64,000 bases of DNA from an uncultured Gemmataceae bacterium (GCA_963750165.1 CAVVPN010000012.1:1216001-1280000), one strand, 5' to 3'. Shown: positions 10,741-20,563, counted from the first letter of the stretch. Translations and numbers: made by a program. Notes: generated by a model not told the origin, from the sequence alone.

Positions 10741-12144
10741 ATGACGCTTCTCACTCGTTGGCTGCTGGCGGCGCTATGCTGTGCGGCGCTCGCCGCCCCT
10801 GTCGTCCGCTCCGCAGCCCAGCAAGGCAAGCCGCAGCCCGACCCGACACACGGGTTGAAAATGCGCCTCATCGCCCGGCAGAGCACCTACGCCCTCGACC
10901 TGGGCGGCAAGTCAGAGGCGGAGTTCCGCAAGCTGCTCGACGCTATCGACCCATTCAAGAACACAGGTGTCGTTCCGCCCGGTCCCAGGGTGGACCTGGT
11001 GCTGGAGATCGCCAATACCAGCGACAAGGACGTGACCATCTGGATCGGCGGCGATGACACGGCGCTGCGTTTCGACCTCAAGGGCCCGGGGGCGGTCAGC
11101 AAACTGCTCACCTTCGCCACGACCGCGGACCTCAAATACTCCCGGCCCGTCGTCATCCCGGCCGGCAAGACCTACACGCAGCCGGTCACGAACCTGGGCT
11201 TCCCGCACCCGCGTGCCAACAGCATGTGGTACTGGACGCGCCCTGGCGAGTACACGCTGTCGGCGACCTGGCAGCTGGGCGGCTCCAAGACAACCGGCGG
11301 CGGCCCGGTGCTCATCGCCGCCCCGATCAAGTTGACAGTCACCGCCCCGATCGGCGCCAGGGCGGAAGACTACCTGACCCGGGACGGCCGGCTCAAGGAA
11401 CGCCTGGAGATTCAAGAATTGCAGGGCGGGATCGCGGGCTACTCCGGCGGCTACCGCGTGATCGACACGGACGGCACCTGGGGCACCGGCAGCCTGTTCC
11501 TGCGCGGTGGCGAAGAGCAGACGGAGCGTACGTTCCAGGCCAAGGGCAAGCTGACCGCCGCCCAGCTCCGACAGCTCGCGGAGGTACTCGCGCGGCACGA
11601 CCTCGCCGGCCTGAAGGACCACGGCCAGGTGGTAGTCAACCCGCGCACCCTCACGATCAAGTTCGGCAAGAAAACGGTCACGCTCCTCCCCGGCCAGGGC
11701 AAAGCGTCTGCCGAGAAAGACCGGGCCGTGCGCGCCCGCTATGCCGCCATCGACGCGGCGGTGCAGGCGGTGTGCCGGCAGCCCGCGGTTCGTGTGCTGG
11801 GCGTCGGGGTGAGCGGGATGCCGGGGATGCGCAAGGAGATCACCACGGATGCGGAATTGGCCAGGCTCTTTGATGAGAAGACCCGGGCGCTGCTACGCGG
11901 CCTGGTGGACTTCGGCCGGGAGAAACTGGTGTGGGTGACCTGGCAAGGATCGAGTTCCGGTGGGCTGGCCTTCCGCGTCCGGGAGGACAACGGCAAGGTC
12001 AAGGTGGCGATCTGGATCCACACGCCGAGCCCGGCCCTGACGGACCTGCGGATGCGCGGCCAGCTCATCGTCCTGCCGAAGGACGCGAATTGGGAGTACG
12101 GCAACGGCGAGCCCCTGCTGGGTAAGAGCGTTCGGAAGCCCTGA
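10741..12144 (+). CDS. Hypothetical secreted multidomain protein
   Basis: Signal peptide (MTLLTRWLLAALCCAALAA), GGAGG SD, coding-like composition, Ig-like N-domain (PGEYTLSATW). Confidence 0.7.
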   Translation: MTLLTRWLLAALCCAALAAPVVRSAAQQGKPQPDPTHGLKMRLIARQSTYALDLGGKSEAEFRKLLDAIDPFKNTGVVPPGPRVDLVLEIANTSDKDVTIWIGGDDTALRFDLKGPGAVSKLLTFATTADLKYSRPVVIPAGKTYTQPVTNLGFPHPRANSMWYWTRPGEYTLSATWQLGGSKTTGGGPVLIAAPIKLTVTAPIGARAEDYLTRDGRLKERLEIQELQGGIAGYSGGYRVIDTDGTWGTGSLFLRGGEEQTERTFQAKGKLTAAQLRQLAEVLARHDLAGLKDHGQVVVNPRTLTIKFGKKTVTLLPGQGKASAEKDRAVRARYAAIDAAVQAVCRQPAVRVLGVGVSGMPGMRKEITTDAELARLFDEKTRALLRGLVDFGREKLVWVTWQGSSSGGLAFRVREDNGKVKVAIWIHTPSPALTDLRMRGQLIVLPKDANWEYGNGEPLLGKSVRKP

Positions 12145-12148
12145 GCGG

Positions 12149-12365
12149 GTCTGAGCCGCGCACGGAGCGTACGCGCGGAGTAAGTGACTGTATTGGCGTC
12201 AAGGGCCTTGAATTCGCCGTGAGTCCTGATGGCCCTTGACGCCAATATAGTCACAAACGTCTCCTACGGAGATACCAGCGGGCGGCGGCTTACTCCGCGC
12301 GTACGCTCCGTGCGCGGCTCGGACGAGTCCTCTTGGTTGCCGAACGCGCTAAGCCGCAAGCGGCA
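12149..12365. repeat. Composite nested palindromes between convergent genes
   Basis: Outer arms 12149-12184/12289-12324, inner arms 12184-12207/12231-12254, plus half-site GCGCTAAGCCGCAAGCGGCAG at ~12346-12366. Confidence 0.85.
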
Positions 12366-12383
12366 GACAGAAGGGGTCGCGGA

Positions 12384-13066
12384 TCATTCCAGTAATTCCG
12401 CCAACTGGCCGATGCGGCGCGCGTCCGTCGAGGCCCGGCCACGCGGATCGAACAGCACCGCCCGCAGCCCCGCCGCCTGCGCCCCGAGGTAATCGTTGGC
12501 CCAGTCATCGCCGACCAGCAACATCCGCGGCGCCGGCACTCCGACCGTCGCCGTGAGCGCCGCGAAGAACTGCGGCGCCGGCTTGCGCCACCCCACCTCC
12601 GAACTGATGACGAAATGCTGCACGTCCGCCAGCGCCGGCAGTCCCGCCGCGACGCCACGCAGCCGCCGGTCAAAATTCGACGCCACGCCCACTTCCAGCC
12701 CGCGCCGTCAGTTCGCGCAGCACCGCCGCCGTCTCCGCCTCCACCCGCCACGCCGCCGCCTGCGCAAAATGCTCGTACAGGTCTGCGAAGCACGCTTCCC
12801 AATCCGGCACGTCGCCGAGTACCGCCGCGACAATCGCCCGCCAGCGCCGCCGCTCACGCTCCTCGTCGGTGCGCAGCCCTGCCGCCGCGTCCGCTGCCTC
12901 CTCCTGGGCGAACGCCGCCGCGAAGCGCGCGGATCACCGCCGGCGCTAACTGGCTGCCGTGTCGCCGGCCGATCTCGGCGTACGCCTGCGCCGCCGCCGG
13001 TTCGGGGTGAATCAGCGTGCCCACCGCGTCGAAGAACACCGCGTCCACATCCGCCAACCAGCGCAT
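12384..13066 (-). CDS. HAD-superfamily hydrolase; frameshifted in this assembly
   Basis: Motif I FFDAVGTL in one frame; SNFD, KP and GDDWANDY motifs in another. Confidence 0.8.
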
Positions 13067-13328
13067 CAAACGTTCTCCCGGGTGAGGGTTGTGCCGGCAG
13101 GACGGCGGTCCCGCGGTGGCTGATTTCGTTCAACCCGGCACCAAGATTGCTACTTTCAGAGGTTGTTTCTGGAGCGGCCCCGTCCCGGAGCGTCGGGGAT
13201 TGGTGTGAACAATCGTATCTAAAGGTTTGGAGAATCCAACTTTTCGTGGCATAATGGTAAAGAGCCCGATTTGCCATTCGGCCTTTCCCGTCTGTCAGGG
13301 CCCGGTCGCCCGGAACCGAGGTGGCTTC

Positions 13329-13790
13329 ATGACATCCCTCTCCGAACTTTCGCCCCCGGTCAACAACGGCTCGTCCGGCGCCGAGCCGTCCGCCTGGTGC
13401 TGGCAAACGCTCTTTGTCGCGGCCGAGGTCCATGCGGTCGCCGCCGCCGTCGAGGGCGCCATGACCGCTGCGGCCTTTACCGACCGCGACCGCTTCAGCA
13501 TCCGCCTGGCTCTGGAGGAGGGCGTCGTCAACGCCATCAAGCACGGCCACGGCGGCGACACCAGCAAGCCTGTGCGCGTCGGCTTCGCGGTGCTGCCGCA
13601 CGAGGTGCAGATCCAGATCGAGGATCAGGGCAACGGCTTCAATCCGGACGACCTGCCCGATCCGCTCGCCGACGAGAACCTGGAACGTTGCTGTGGCCGC
13701 GGCGTCTTCCTGATCCGCGCTTACGCGACGTGGGTGCGCTACAACGAGCGCGGCAACTGCGTGACGTTCTGCCGGCGGAAGTCAGGGTGA
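13329..13790 (+). CDS. Anti-sigma factor / Ser kinase, RsbW-like (HATPase_c_2)
   Basis: LALEEGVVNAIKHG, IEDQGNGFNP, GRGVFLIR. Confidence 0.88.
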   Translation: MTSLSELSPPVNNGSSGAEPSAWCWQTLFVAAEVHAVAAAVEGAMTAAAFTDRDRFSIRLALEEGVVNAIKHGHGGDTSKPVRVGFAVLPHEVQIQIEDQGNGFNPDDLPDPLADENLERCCGRGVFLIRAYATWVRYNERGNCVTFCRRKSG

Positions 13791-13848
13791 GGGGGTGAGG
13801 GGGTGAAAGACGGAAGTATCGCTCTTTCACCCCCTCACCCCCTCACCC
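13785..13848. repeat. Inverted repeat of 8-nt units (GGGGTGAG) between convergent rsbW-like and serS genes; possible bidirectional terminator
   Basis: GGGTGAGGGGGTGAGGGGGTGAAAGA 13785-13810 / TCTTTCACCCCCTCACCCCCTCACCC 13823-13848. Confidence 0.75.
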
Positions 13849-15119
13849 GCGATCCGCTCCTTGCCGACCCACAGCCGCAGCACCTCCGGGATGACCACGC
13901 TGCCGTCGGCCTGCTGGCCGTTCTCCAGGACCGCCAGCAGCGCCCGCGACACGGCCACGGCAGTGCCGTTCAGCGTGTGGACGAAGCGCGTGTTCTTGAA
14001 GCCGGGGCCCTTGTAGCGGATTTTCAAGCGCCGGGCCTGGTAGTCGGTGCAGTTCGACGTGCTCGTCACTTCGCCGTAGTCGCCGCCGTTCCCGCGGCCC
14101 GGCATCCACGCCTCCAGGTCGTACTTGCGGTACGCCGGGCCGCCCAGGTCGCCGGTGCAGGTGTCGATGACGTGGTACGGCAGGCCCAGCCCCTGAAAAA
14201 TCTTCTCCTCGATGGCCAGCAGTTCCTGGTGAATCTGCTCACTCTGCTCCGGCGTGCAGAACACGAACATCTCGACCTTGGTGAACTGGTGGACGCGATA
14301 CAGGCCGCGCGTGTCGCGGCCGGGGGCGCCCGCCTCGGTGCGGAAGCAGTGCGACAGGCCGACGTATTTCTGCGGCAGCTGGCTTTCGTCAAGGGTCTTG
14401 TCGCGGTGCATGCCGCCGAGGGTGATCTCCGCCGTGGCGATCAGGCACAGGTTGGTGTTTTCCAGGCTGTAAATCTGCGTCTCCGGCCCGCGCGGAATGA
14501 AGCCGATGCCCTCCAGCACATCGACGCGGGCCACGTCCGGCGTGATGACCGGCGTGTAACCCTCGCGCAGCAGCGTCTGCATGGCGTACTGCACCAGCGC
14601 CAGTTCCAGCAGCACCGCCTCGTTCTTCAGGTAATAGAACTTCTGACCCGCGACCGACGAACCCGCCTCGAAGTCCACGAGGTCCAGCGCCTCGGCGAGG
14701 GCGACATGGTCCTTGACCGGGAAGTCGAACTTGCGCGGCTCACCCCAGGTCTTGATGACCTTGTTGCCGTTGGGGTCGGTGCTGACGGGCGCGTCCGGGT
14801 GCGTCATGTTGGGAATGAGAGCCAGCACAGCATCCCGGTCCGCCGTGACCTGGTTCTCCTGCGCCTCCAGTTCGGCGACCTTCGGCTTCAGGTCCTTGCC
14901 TTCCTGGATCAGCGCCTGCTTTTTGTCCTTATCTTTCTCGATCCTCACGAGGTTGGCGACCTCGTTCTGCCGCTGTTGCAGTAGCTGCTTCTGCTGCACG
15001 AGGTGCTTGCGCTGGTCGTCGAGTTGAACGACGCGATCGACGTCGGCATTGACGTTGCGGTTCTTGAGGTTGGCCTTGACGGCGTCAAGGTTGTCGCGGA
15101 TGAACTGTGCGTCCAGCAT
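13827..15119 (-). CDS. serS: Seryl-tRNA synthetase
   Basis: LIATAEITL, SHCFRTEAG, RGLYRVHQFTKVE, EVTSTSNCTDYQARRL, HTLNGT. Confidence 0.97.
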   Translation of the reverse strand: MLDAQFIRDNLDAVKANLKNRNVNADVDRVVQLDDQRKHLVQQKQLLQQRQNEVANLVRIEKDKDKKQALIQEGKDLKPKVAELEAQENQVTADRDAVLALIPNMTHPDAPVSTDPNGNKVIKTWGEPRKFDFPVKDHVALAEALDLVDFEAGSSVAGQKFYYLKNEAVLLELALVQYAMQTLLREGYTPVITPDVARVDVLEGIGFIPRGPETQIYSLENTNLCLIATAEITLGGMHRDKTLDESQLPQKYVGLSHCFRTEAGAPGRDTRGLYRVHQFTKVEMFVFCTPEQSEQIHQELLAIEEKIFQGLGLPYHVIDTCTGDLGGPAYRKYDLEAWMPGRGNGGDYGEVTSTSNCTDYQARRLKIRYKGPGFKNTRFVHTLNGTAVAVSRALLAVLENGQQADGSVVIPEVLRLWVGKERIAGEGVRG

Positions 15120-15140
15120 GGGTAGCTTCCATAAAAAACG

Positions 15141-15320
15141 ATCCACAGATGACACAGCTAACACAGCTAAAGACAAATTAAGATGTCTTTAGCTGTGTTA
15201 TTACCGCCGCACGAAAGAAGGTCATACAGGCCCGAAGTACCAGTAGCCGAATCTCGTCTTTGGCTCGTCGTGCTTATGAGGATCTTTCCTGCCGGGGTAA
15301 TAGCTGTGTCATCTGTGGAT
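15141..15320. repeat. CACAG-unit palindrome interrupted by an insertion
   Basis: Left arm ATCCACAGATGACACAGCTAACACAGCTAAAGACA 15141-15175; its reverse complement is split into 15184-15200 and 15301-15320. Confidence 0.85.
15201..15300. mobile_element. 100-bp MITE-like element with imperfect terminal inverted repeats and TA target-site duplication
   Basis: Ends TTACCGCCGCACGAAAGA / TCTTTCCTGCCGGGGTAA (15 of 18 complementary); TA at 15199-15200 and 15301-15302. Confidence 0.7.
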
Positions 15321-15331
15321 CCAAATCTTCC

Positions 15332-16477
15332 TCACGGCCGCTTCTCCAGCGGCACATACGGCACGTCGCGCTTGCCGACGTACACCTGCTCGGGCCGGAA
15401 GATGCGGTTGTTCTGCAGCTGCTCCAGCCAGTGCGACAGCCAGCCGGCCACGCGCGCGATGGCGAAGATCGGCGTGAACAGGTCGCGCGGGATGCCCAGC
15501 GACTGATAGACGATGCCGGAGTAGTAATCGACGTTCGGGTAGACGTTCTTGCCGCCCAGTGTCGGCTGCCCGGCGGCCAGGCGTTCCAGCTCCACGGCCA
15601 TCTCGTACTGCGGCGGCCGGCTCGTCTCGGCGAAGACGTGCTCGGCCAGTTCCTGCAGCACCGTGGCGCGCGGATCCTTGACCTTGTAGACGCGGTGGCC
15701 AAAGCCCATGACCTTCTTCTTGGTGGCGACGGCGTTCTCCAGCCACGGCCGCACGTTCTCCAGGGTGCCGATTTCGTCGAGCATTTGCAGCACTTCCTCG
15801 TTGGCGCCGCCGTGTAGCGGGCCGGTCAGGGTGCCGATGGCCGAGCTGACCACCGTGTACGGGTTGGCCAGCGTCGAGCCGGTGACACGACCGCTGAACG
15901 TCGAGGCGTTCATGGTGTGCTCGGCGTGCAGGATCAGACAGGCGTCGATGATCTTGCGCACGGCCGGCGTCGGCGTCTTCTCGAAGAGCATGTAATAGAA
16001 GTTGGAGGCGTGGTCGAGGTCGTCGCGCGGGTCGATGGCCTCGTCGCCGTGGCGGTAGCGGTGGAAGGCGGCGACGACAGTCGGCAGCTTGGTGATCAGG
16101 CGGACGACGGAGTCCCAGTTGCTCTGGGCGTTGGTCACGTCGCGCGACGGATAGAACATGCCCATGGCGGCGACGGCGGCCTGCAGCGCGTCCATGGGAT
16201 GGCCGGTCTCGGGCAGGCACTTGATGAGGTCCTTGAGCTTGTACTTGATACGGCGGTGGTGGCGGAGCTGGTCTTCAAAGTCGGCCAGCTGGCGCTGCGT
16301 GGGCAGATCGCCCTTGAGCAGCAGCCAGGCGGTTTCCTCGAAACAGCTCTCGCGGGCCAGGGTTTCCACCGCGACACCGCGATACTCCAGGCGGGCGCGC
16401 TTGCCGTCAATGAAGCTGATGGCGGACTCCGCCACGGGTACGTCGGCCAGGCCGGGCCGGATCTCGAGCTGACTCAT
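15332..16477 (-). CDS. gltA: Citrate synthase
   Basis: HPMD, LHAEHTMNASTF, GPLHGGANE, MGFGHRVYKVKDPR, YPNVDYYSG. Confidence 0.95.
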   Translation of the reverse strand: MSQLEIRPGLADVPVAESAISFIDGKRARLEYRGVAVETLARESCFEETAWLLLKGDLPTQRQLADFEDQLRHHRRIKYKLKDLIKCLPETGHPMDALQAAVAAMGMFYPSRDVTNAQSNWDSVVRLITKLPTVVAAFHRYRHGDEAIDPRDDLDHASNFYYMLFEKTPTPAVRKIIDACLILHAEHTMNASTFSGRVTGSTLANPYTVVSSAIGTLTGPLHGGANEEVLQMLDEIGTLENVRPWLENAVATKKKVMGFGHRVYKVKDPRATVLQELAEHVFAETSRPPQYEMAVELERLAAGQPTLGGKNVYPNVDYYSGIVYQSLGIPRDLFTPIFAIARVAGWLSHWLEQLQNNRIFRPEQVYVGKRDVPYVPLEKRP

Positions 16478-16600
16478 GGTGCTCCCCGAAGAAACGTGAC
16501 GCATGCTGGGGCCCTCCCGACCGGCGTCGCCCCAACCGAGACGCCGCCAGAGGGTTGAGGATATTATCTCAACTCGCCCGGCAAAGAGCAAACGGCCGCG

Positions 16601-17295
16601 TCAGGAATCGACCAGAATCACGTGCAGTTCGCCCGGCCCATGCACCCCGGTGACCAGCCGCAGTTCGATGTCGCCCGTTTTGCTCGGCCCGGTGATGACC
16701 GTCAGGCACGCCGGCAGTCGATGCGGGTCGTCCTCCTCCGGGGCTGCGGGTTTGACCGCGGCGAACAGGTCGAACAGGTCGGGCAGCAACTGGGCGCGGG
16801 TGGCGACGGCGATGTGCATGGGCGGCAGCAGACTGACGGAGCGCGGGTCACCGGGGGCGGTGGCCACGACGACGCTGCCGGTCTCGGCGATGAGGTGGGC
16901 GACGCCACTGACGCCAACATCCGCGGCAAAGAACGGCTCGCGCAGGTGTCGGCGTCGTGGCTGGCCGTCTCGACGACAGGCAGGCCGAGCTTGCGCAGGC
17001 GTCCGGCGAGTTGCAGGGTGTCGAGGAAGTCGCCGCGGCCGAGGAGCACGCGCGGCTTGCCCTTGCTGCGCACGAGGTCCAGCACGGCGGCGGCTGCGGC
17101 GTCGCGGTCGCGGACGACGTGCGGGTGACCACCGGCGGTCTTGAGGGCGTCGCAGAAGGGGGCGATGGGGTCGAGGCCGGCGCCCTGGTAGCCGAGGTCG
17201 CCGCGCGGCGGCAGCGGCGGGGTGGCGCCGGCGCGGTTGCCGTCGGCAACCGCCTGGCGGACGCGCTGCAGGAAGGCGTCGCGGGGACTGGTCAT
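16601..17295 (-). CDS. LutC/YkgG (LUD domain) protein; frameshift near 16930
   Basis: ADVGVSGV..LIAETGSVV, SLLPPMHIAV, ITGPSKTGDIELRLVTGVHGP. Confidence 0.85.
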
Positions 17296-17975
17296 GGCGC
17301 GCCCTTTGCCTTGGACGTTTCACTGGAAAGGGGGAACCAACCTTGCAGCACCGTTCTGAATTTAAGAAAGGCTGCATCCGCACAGCGGCTCAGGCTGACT
17401 TTTTCGGCGCGGGAACGGAAAATGGCCGAGGATTTCGGTTTCTTCGATCTCTTTAGGACAGCTTCCATTGCTTCTTTCGGCCGAGCCGGCTTCTGCTGGT
17501 CCTGGTCATTCGGGAATCCCTGTTCGATCAACCAGGTGCGAATGTCTTGGTCTTGGTCTTTCCATCCGAGTTCAGAAATGACATGGGGTGAATCGCTCCA
17601 GACCCAGATTTCCAACTCAGGATCAATCACCAGGACAGCTGCACGGCTGCTCCACCCGACCCTTGTCAGTTGATCCTCCACCTCTTGTTCGAGATCCTCA
17701 CGAGGCGTCTTTTCCTTTCCGCACCCCTCGCGGTCGAAAAGAACCAAAGCAAATCGGTGGGTTTTGTGATACAGCTTCAAAATACCATCGGACCGGGTCA
17801 GGCACCCCGGGTCGTGCTCAGGGTGCGTGATGATTTCATATTTCAGAGGACGAATGTTTAGGGCTTGATGACGGCCAAGTAGTCCCTCCACGGTGAAGCG
17901 CGTATCCTTGTCCGCGGCCAGCACGATCAGATCCTTTTGCGGAAGGGGAGCGGCCGGTGGTTTCTTTTTGCTCAT
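17292..17975 (-). CDS. ATPase-partner protein, MADS MAD4-like / DUF4276-like TOPRIM-related
   Basis: KDLIVLAADKD, HDPGC, VLFDREG, IDPELEIWVW, RPKEAM; ATGA overlap with upstream ATPase; lower GC than flanks. Confidence 0.65.
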   Translation of the reverse strand: MSKKKPPAAPLPQKDLIVLAADKDTRFTVEGLLGRHQALNIRPLKYEIITHPEHDPGCLTRSDGILKLYHKTHRFALVLFDREGCGKEKTPREDLEQEVEDQLTRVGWSSRAAVLVIDPELEIWVWSDSPHVISELGWKDQDQDIRTWLIEQGFPNDQDQQKPARPKEAMEAVLKRSKKPKSSAIFRSRAEKVSLSRCADAAFLKFRTVLQGWFPLSSETSKAKGAP

Positions 17976-19228
17976 CCCAGCACTCCCGCCGCGAACAACA
18001 CGCCAAGGTTGGTTTCTCCTTTCCATTCTTGCAAGCGCGGATGATTACTTCCCAGGACAATGTCCGTAGCCCCTTCCTCATCCTTGGCAAAACAGAGTAA
18101 CTGATCTGCCTCCGCAACACTCAGGATCACTGGAGAGTGCGAAGCCAAGAGGATCTGGGCGTCGTACACTGAAGACAGAGATTGGAAGACCGTTTCAACG
18201 GCCTTCGGGTGAATGCCATTCTCAGGTTCTTCAATTAAATAAATCCCCCCAAGAGTCTTTTGCAAGTAGGCCGGCAGTGTTAATGCGAGCAAGCGTAAGG
18301 TGCCATCGGAAACCATCCACGAAGGGATTTTATACCCGCCACGGTATTCCACCAAGAGATACCGATGATTGTCTTCGGCCCGATGAACCACTTGAAGGTC
18401 AACCAGATCCGGTAGAGCCGTTTGCAGGTGTCCGATCCAGTCCTTGTACAGTGTCGGTTGTTTTTGCAACTGCTCAACCACCCAGGGGAGATTTGAACCA
18501 TCGGTCTTGAAGCCACGGCGCTGGTGAGGAGGACTCGGCCTGCGCATGAGTTGGCTGTTGAGCATGAAAGGTTGTACTCCCTCTGTCAACAGTTTCCGCA
18601 ACCAAGTAGAAATAGGAAACCGTGATTCGTCAGGGGGCAAATTCCCCAGAGCGGATTTGCGCGGCCCGAGTTGGAATGAGTGCGCCCAACTCTTCGACGT
18701 TTTTGTCCTCGTTTCAGGTGTGAAGTTGTCATTCCCTCCTGTTGATTTACTGACTACGGTCCGGGCACTTCGGATTGCATGGTGGAGGATCGTTTGAGGC
18801 GGTTCCGCTGGCTCAGGGAACATCAAACGCGGTTGGTGGTCTGTCTGCTGGCTCTGCAGCAAAAACACCCTTTCATACAAGATTTCCAGTTCAGAAGTTT
18901 CGGAAGCCGACCCTACGGCAACTTCGTACCGGGCCGTATCACGCCCTTCCTCTCCGAGTTTTTTCTGTAGCCCTTCTGGAATTTTTGCTTCGATTGCCAA
19001 TTCAAAACGAAATCCGGATCGCTTCCAGGTCAGGTCACGCAGGTTGGTCGATCTTTCGGTGACTGCGGCTTCAACTCCATCGGAGACCAGTCTACCGAGG
19101 AAAGCGATTACATCCAGGAAGGTGGATTTCCCGCTGGCATTTGGGCCGATGAGCACATGAAAAGGGTAAAGGGGCTGCCGGATGTAGCGCAAGCAGCGGT
19201 AGTTCCAGGCTTCGACCAAAGAAATCAT
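17972..19228 (-). CDS. ABC/AAA_21-type ATPase, MADS MAD3-like (OLD/PARIS-type ATPase clade)
   Basis: Walker A GPNASGKST, signature VSDGTLRLL, Walker B LIEEPENGIHP, H-loop ASHSP; lower GC. Confidence 0.85.
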   Translation of the reverse strand: MISLVEAWNYRCLRYIRQPLYPFHVLIGPNASGKSTFLDVIAFLGRLVSDGVEAAVTERSTNLRDLTWKRSGFRFELAIEAKIPEGLQKKLGEEGRDTARYEVAVGSASETSELEILYERVFLLQSQQTDHQPRLMFPEPAEPPQTILHHAIRSARTVVSKSTGGNDNFTPETRTKTSKSWAHSFQLGPRKSALGNLPPDESRFPISTWLRKLLTEGVQPFMLNSQLMRRPSPPHQRRGFKTDGSNLPWVVEQLQKQPTLYKDWIGHLQTALPDLVDLQVVHRAEDNHRYLLVEYRGGYKIPSWMVSDGTLRLLALTLPAYLQKTLGGIYLIEEPENGIHPKAVETVFQSLSSVYDAQILLASHSPVILSVAEADQLLCFAKDEEGATDIVLGSNHPRLQEWKGETNLGVLFAAGVLG

Positions 19229-19357
19229 GATCCATTCCTCAGCCCTTGAAGGATCTGGATTGCGGCGCGGGCGCTGGTATGTTCTTCCATCCAACGTACT
19301 ATTACCCGCACCGCCGGACAAGGGCCAAAGGTGAACGAGCAATCCGCGGCCGCAACC

Positions 19358-20563
19358 TCACCGCACCGCGTACCGCAGCGCCCGCAGCAACCGCCGCACC
19401 GCACGCCCCAGCCGCGCCCGGTTGCCGGTGACGCACAGCGTCCGCACCGTCAGCCGCGTCGCCGGCCCCTGCCCCAACTCATAGTGCCACGCCCGGTCGC
19501 GCCGCCCCGGATACACCAGCACCGCCCGCCGCGCGTCCAGTGCCGCACAGTACGCCAGCATCTGATACACGTCCGCCGTCAGCAACCGCGCCGCCGGCAG
19601 CCGCTTCCACTTGGCGTCCAGCACCAGTACCGTGCGGCCGGCGCGCTCCAGCGTCAGGTCGGGCCGCAGCGCCAACTCGGGCCGCGATCCGCCGGGCGCC
19701 GCCACGCGGCACCACGGCTGCGGCAGCGCCCGCACGCCGCCGGGCGCCGCCTCAAAGCCCGCGACCAACCGCGACAGCAGAAAATCTTCGAACACCCGCT
19801 CCAGGTTCAACAGGAACGCCGGGCCGCTCGCCGGGCCGGCCGCCGGCGCCGGCGCCAGCGCCTCGGCCAGCAGCCGGCACAGGGCCAGCAGCGGCCGGTA
19901 CTCCGCGTTCAGCCGATCCGCCAGCGCCGCGTCGAAAAGCCGGCCGTCGAGCGGAACGGGCTGCGCGTCGGCGAAGGGCAGCAGGGCCTGGCGCAGGGCC
20001 TGGCGCACCGGGGCGTCGAGCAGCGGCCAGGCCAGGACGCGCTCGGCGGTGGCGCGCGGCAGCTGGTTGCACGGCACGTCCGTGGTGAAGTCGTCAAAGC
20101 GGCAGTGCAGCCGATCACGGCGCTGCGCGGCATCGCGCAGCTGGGCGGCCACGTCCAGGCGGCCCTGCAAATAGGCCCCGGCGTCGGCCTGCTCGCGGTA
20201 GCCGCGCCGCAGCCCCGCGGCAGTGCGCTCCGTCAGCAGGCGGGCGAGCTGCACGGCCAGCAGGTCGAGCATGTCGCCATCGTCACCGGCGGGCCCGTCC
20301 GCCGGCGGCAAGGCGGCGTCGGGTTCGAGCAGATACAGCACATTCCGGAGGGGGATTTTGGGCTGCAGCACCAGCCGGCAGTCGGGCGCGAGAATGGTGC
20401 CGACGTGGCCGGTGGCCGTGACGCGGAACACCCCCGACGCGCGCGTCGGAAGCAGTCGCAGGTGGGCGCGGTGGTGAGCCAACAGGTAATCGACGGCTTC
20501 CGGCGACAGCGGCACCTCGGCCGGCGTGCGCTCGGTGAGCACCCAGGTGGGATGGGAATCCAT
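19358..20563 (-). CDS. McrC-family 5-methylcytosine restriction nuclease subunit
   Basis: GHVGTI, QPKIP..N, GLRRGY, LQGRLD, FTTDVPCNQ, LERVFEDF, LRPDL..VLDAKWK, ADVYQMLAY. Confidence 0.88.
   Translation of the reverse strand: MDSHPTWVLTERTPAEVPLSPEAVDYLLAHHRAHLRLLPTRASGVFRVTATGHVGTILAPDCRLVLQPKIPLRNVLYLLEPDAALPPADGPAGDDGDMLDLLAVQLARLLTERTAAGLRRGYREQADAGAYLQGRLDVAAQLRDAAQRRDRLHCRFDDFTTDVPCNQLPRATAERVLAWPLLDAPVRQALRQALLPFADAQPVPLDGRLFDAALADRLNAEYRPLLALCRLLAEALAPAPAAGPASGPAFLLNLERVFEDFLLSRLVAGFEAAPGGVRALPQPWCRVAAPGGSRPELALRPDLTLERAGRTVLVLDAKWKRLPAARLLTADVYQMLAYCAALDARRAVLVYPGRRDRAWHYELGQGPATRLTVRTLCVTGNRARLGRAVRRLLRALRYAVR

Noticed and set aside
17292..19228. Complete MADS or McrBC system
   Set aside because: No methyltransferase, specificity subunit, kinase or McrB GTPase in the window
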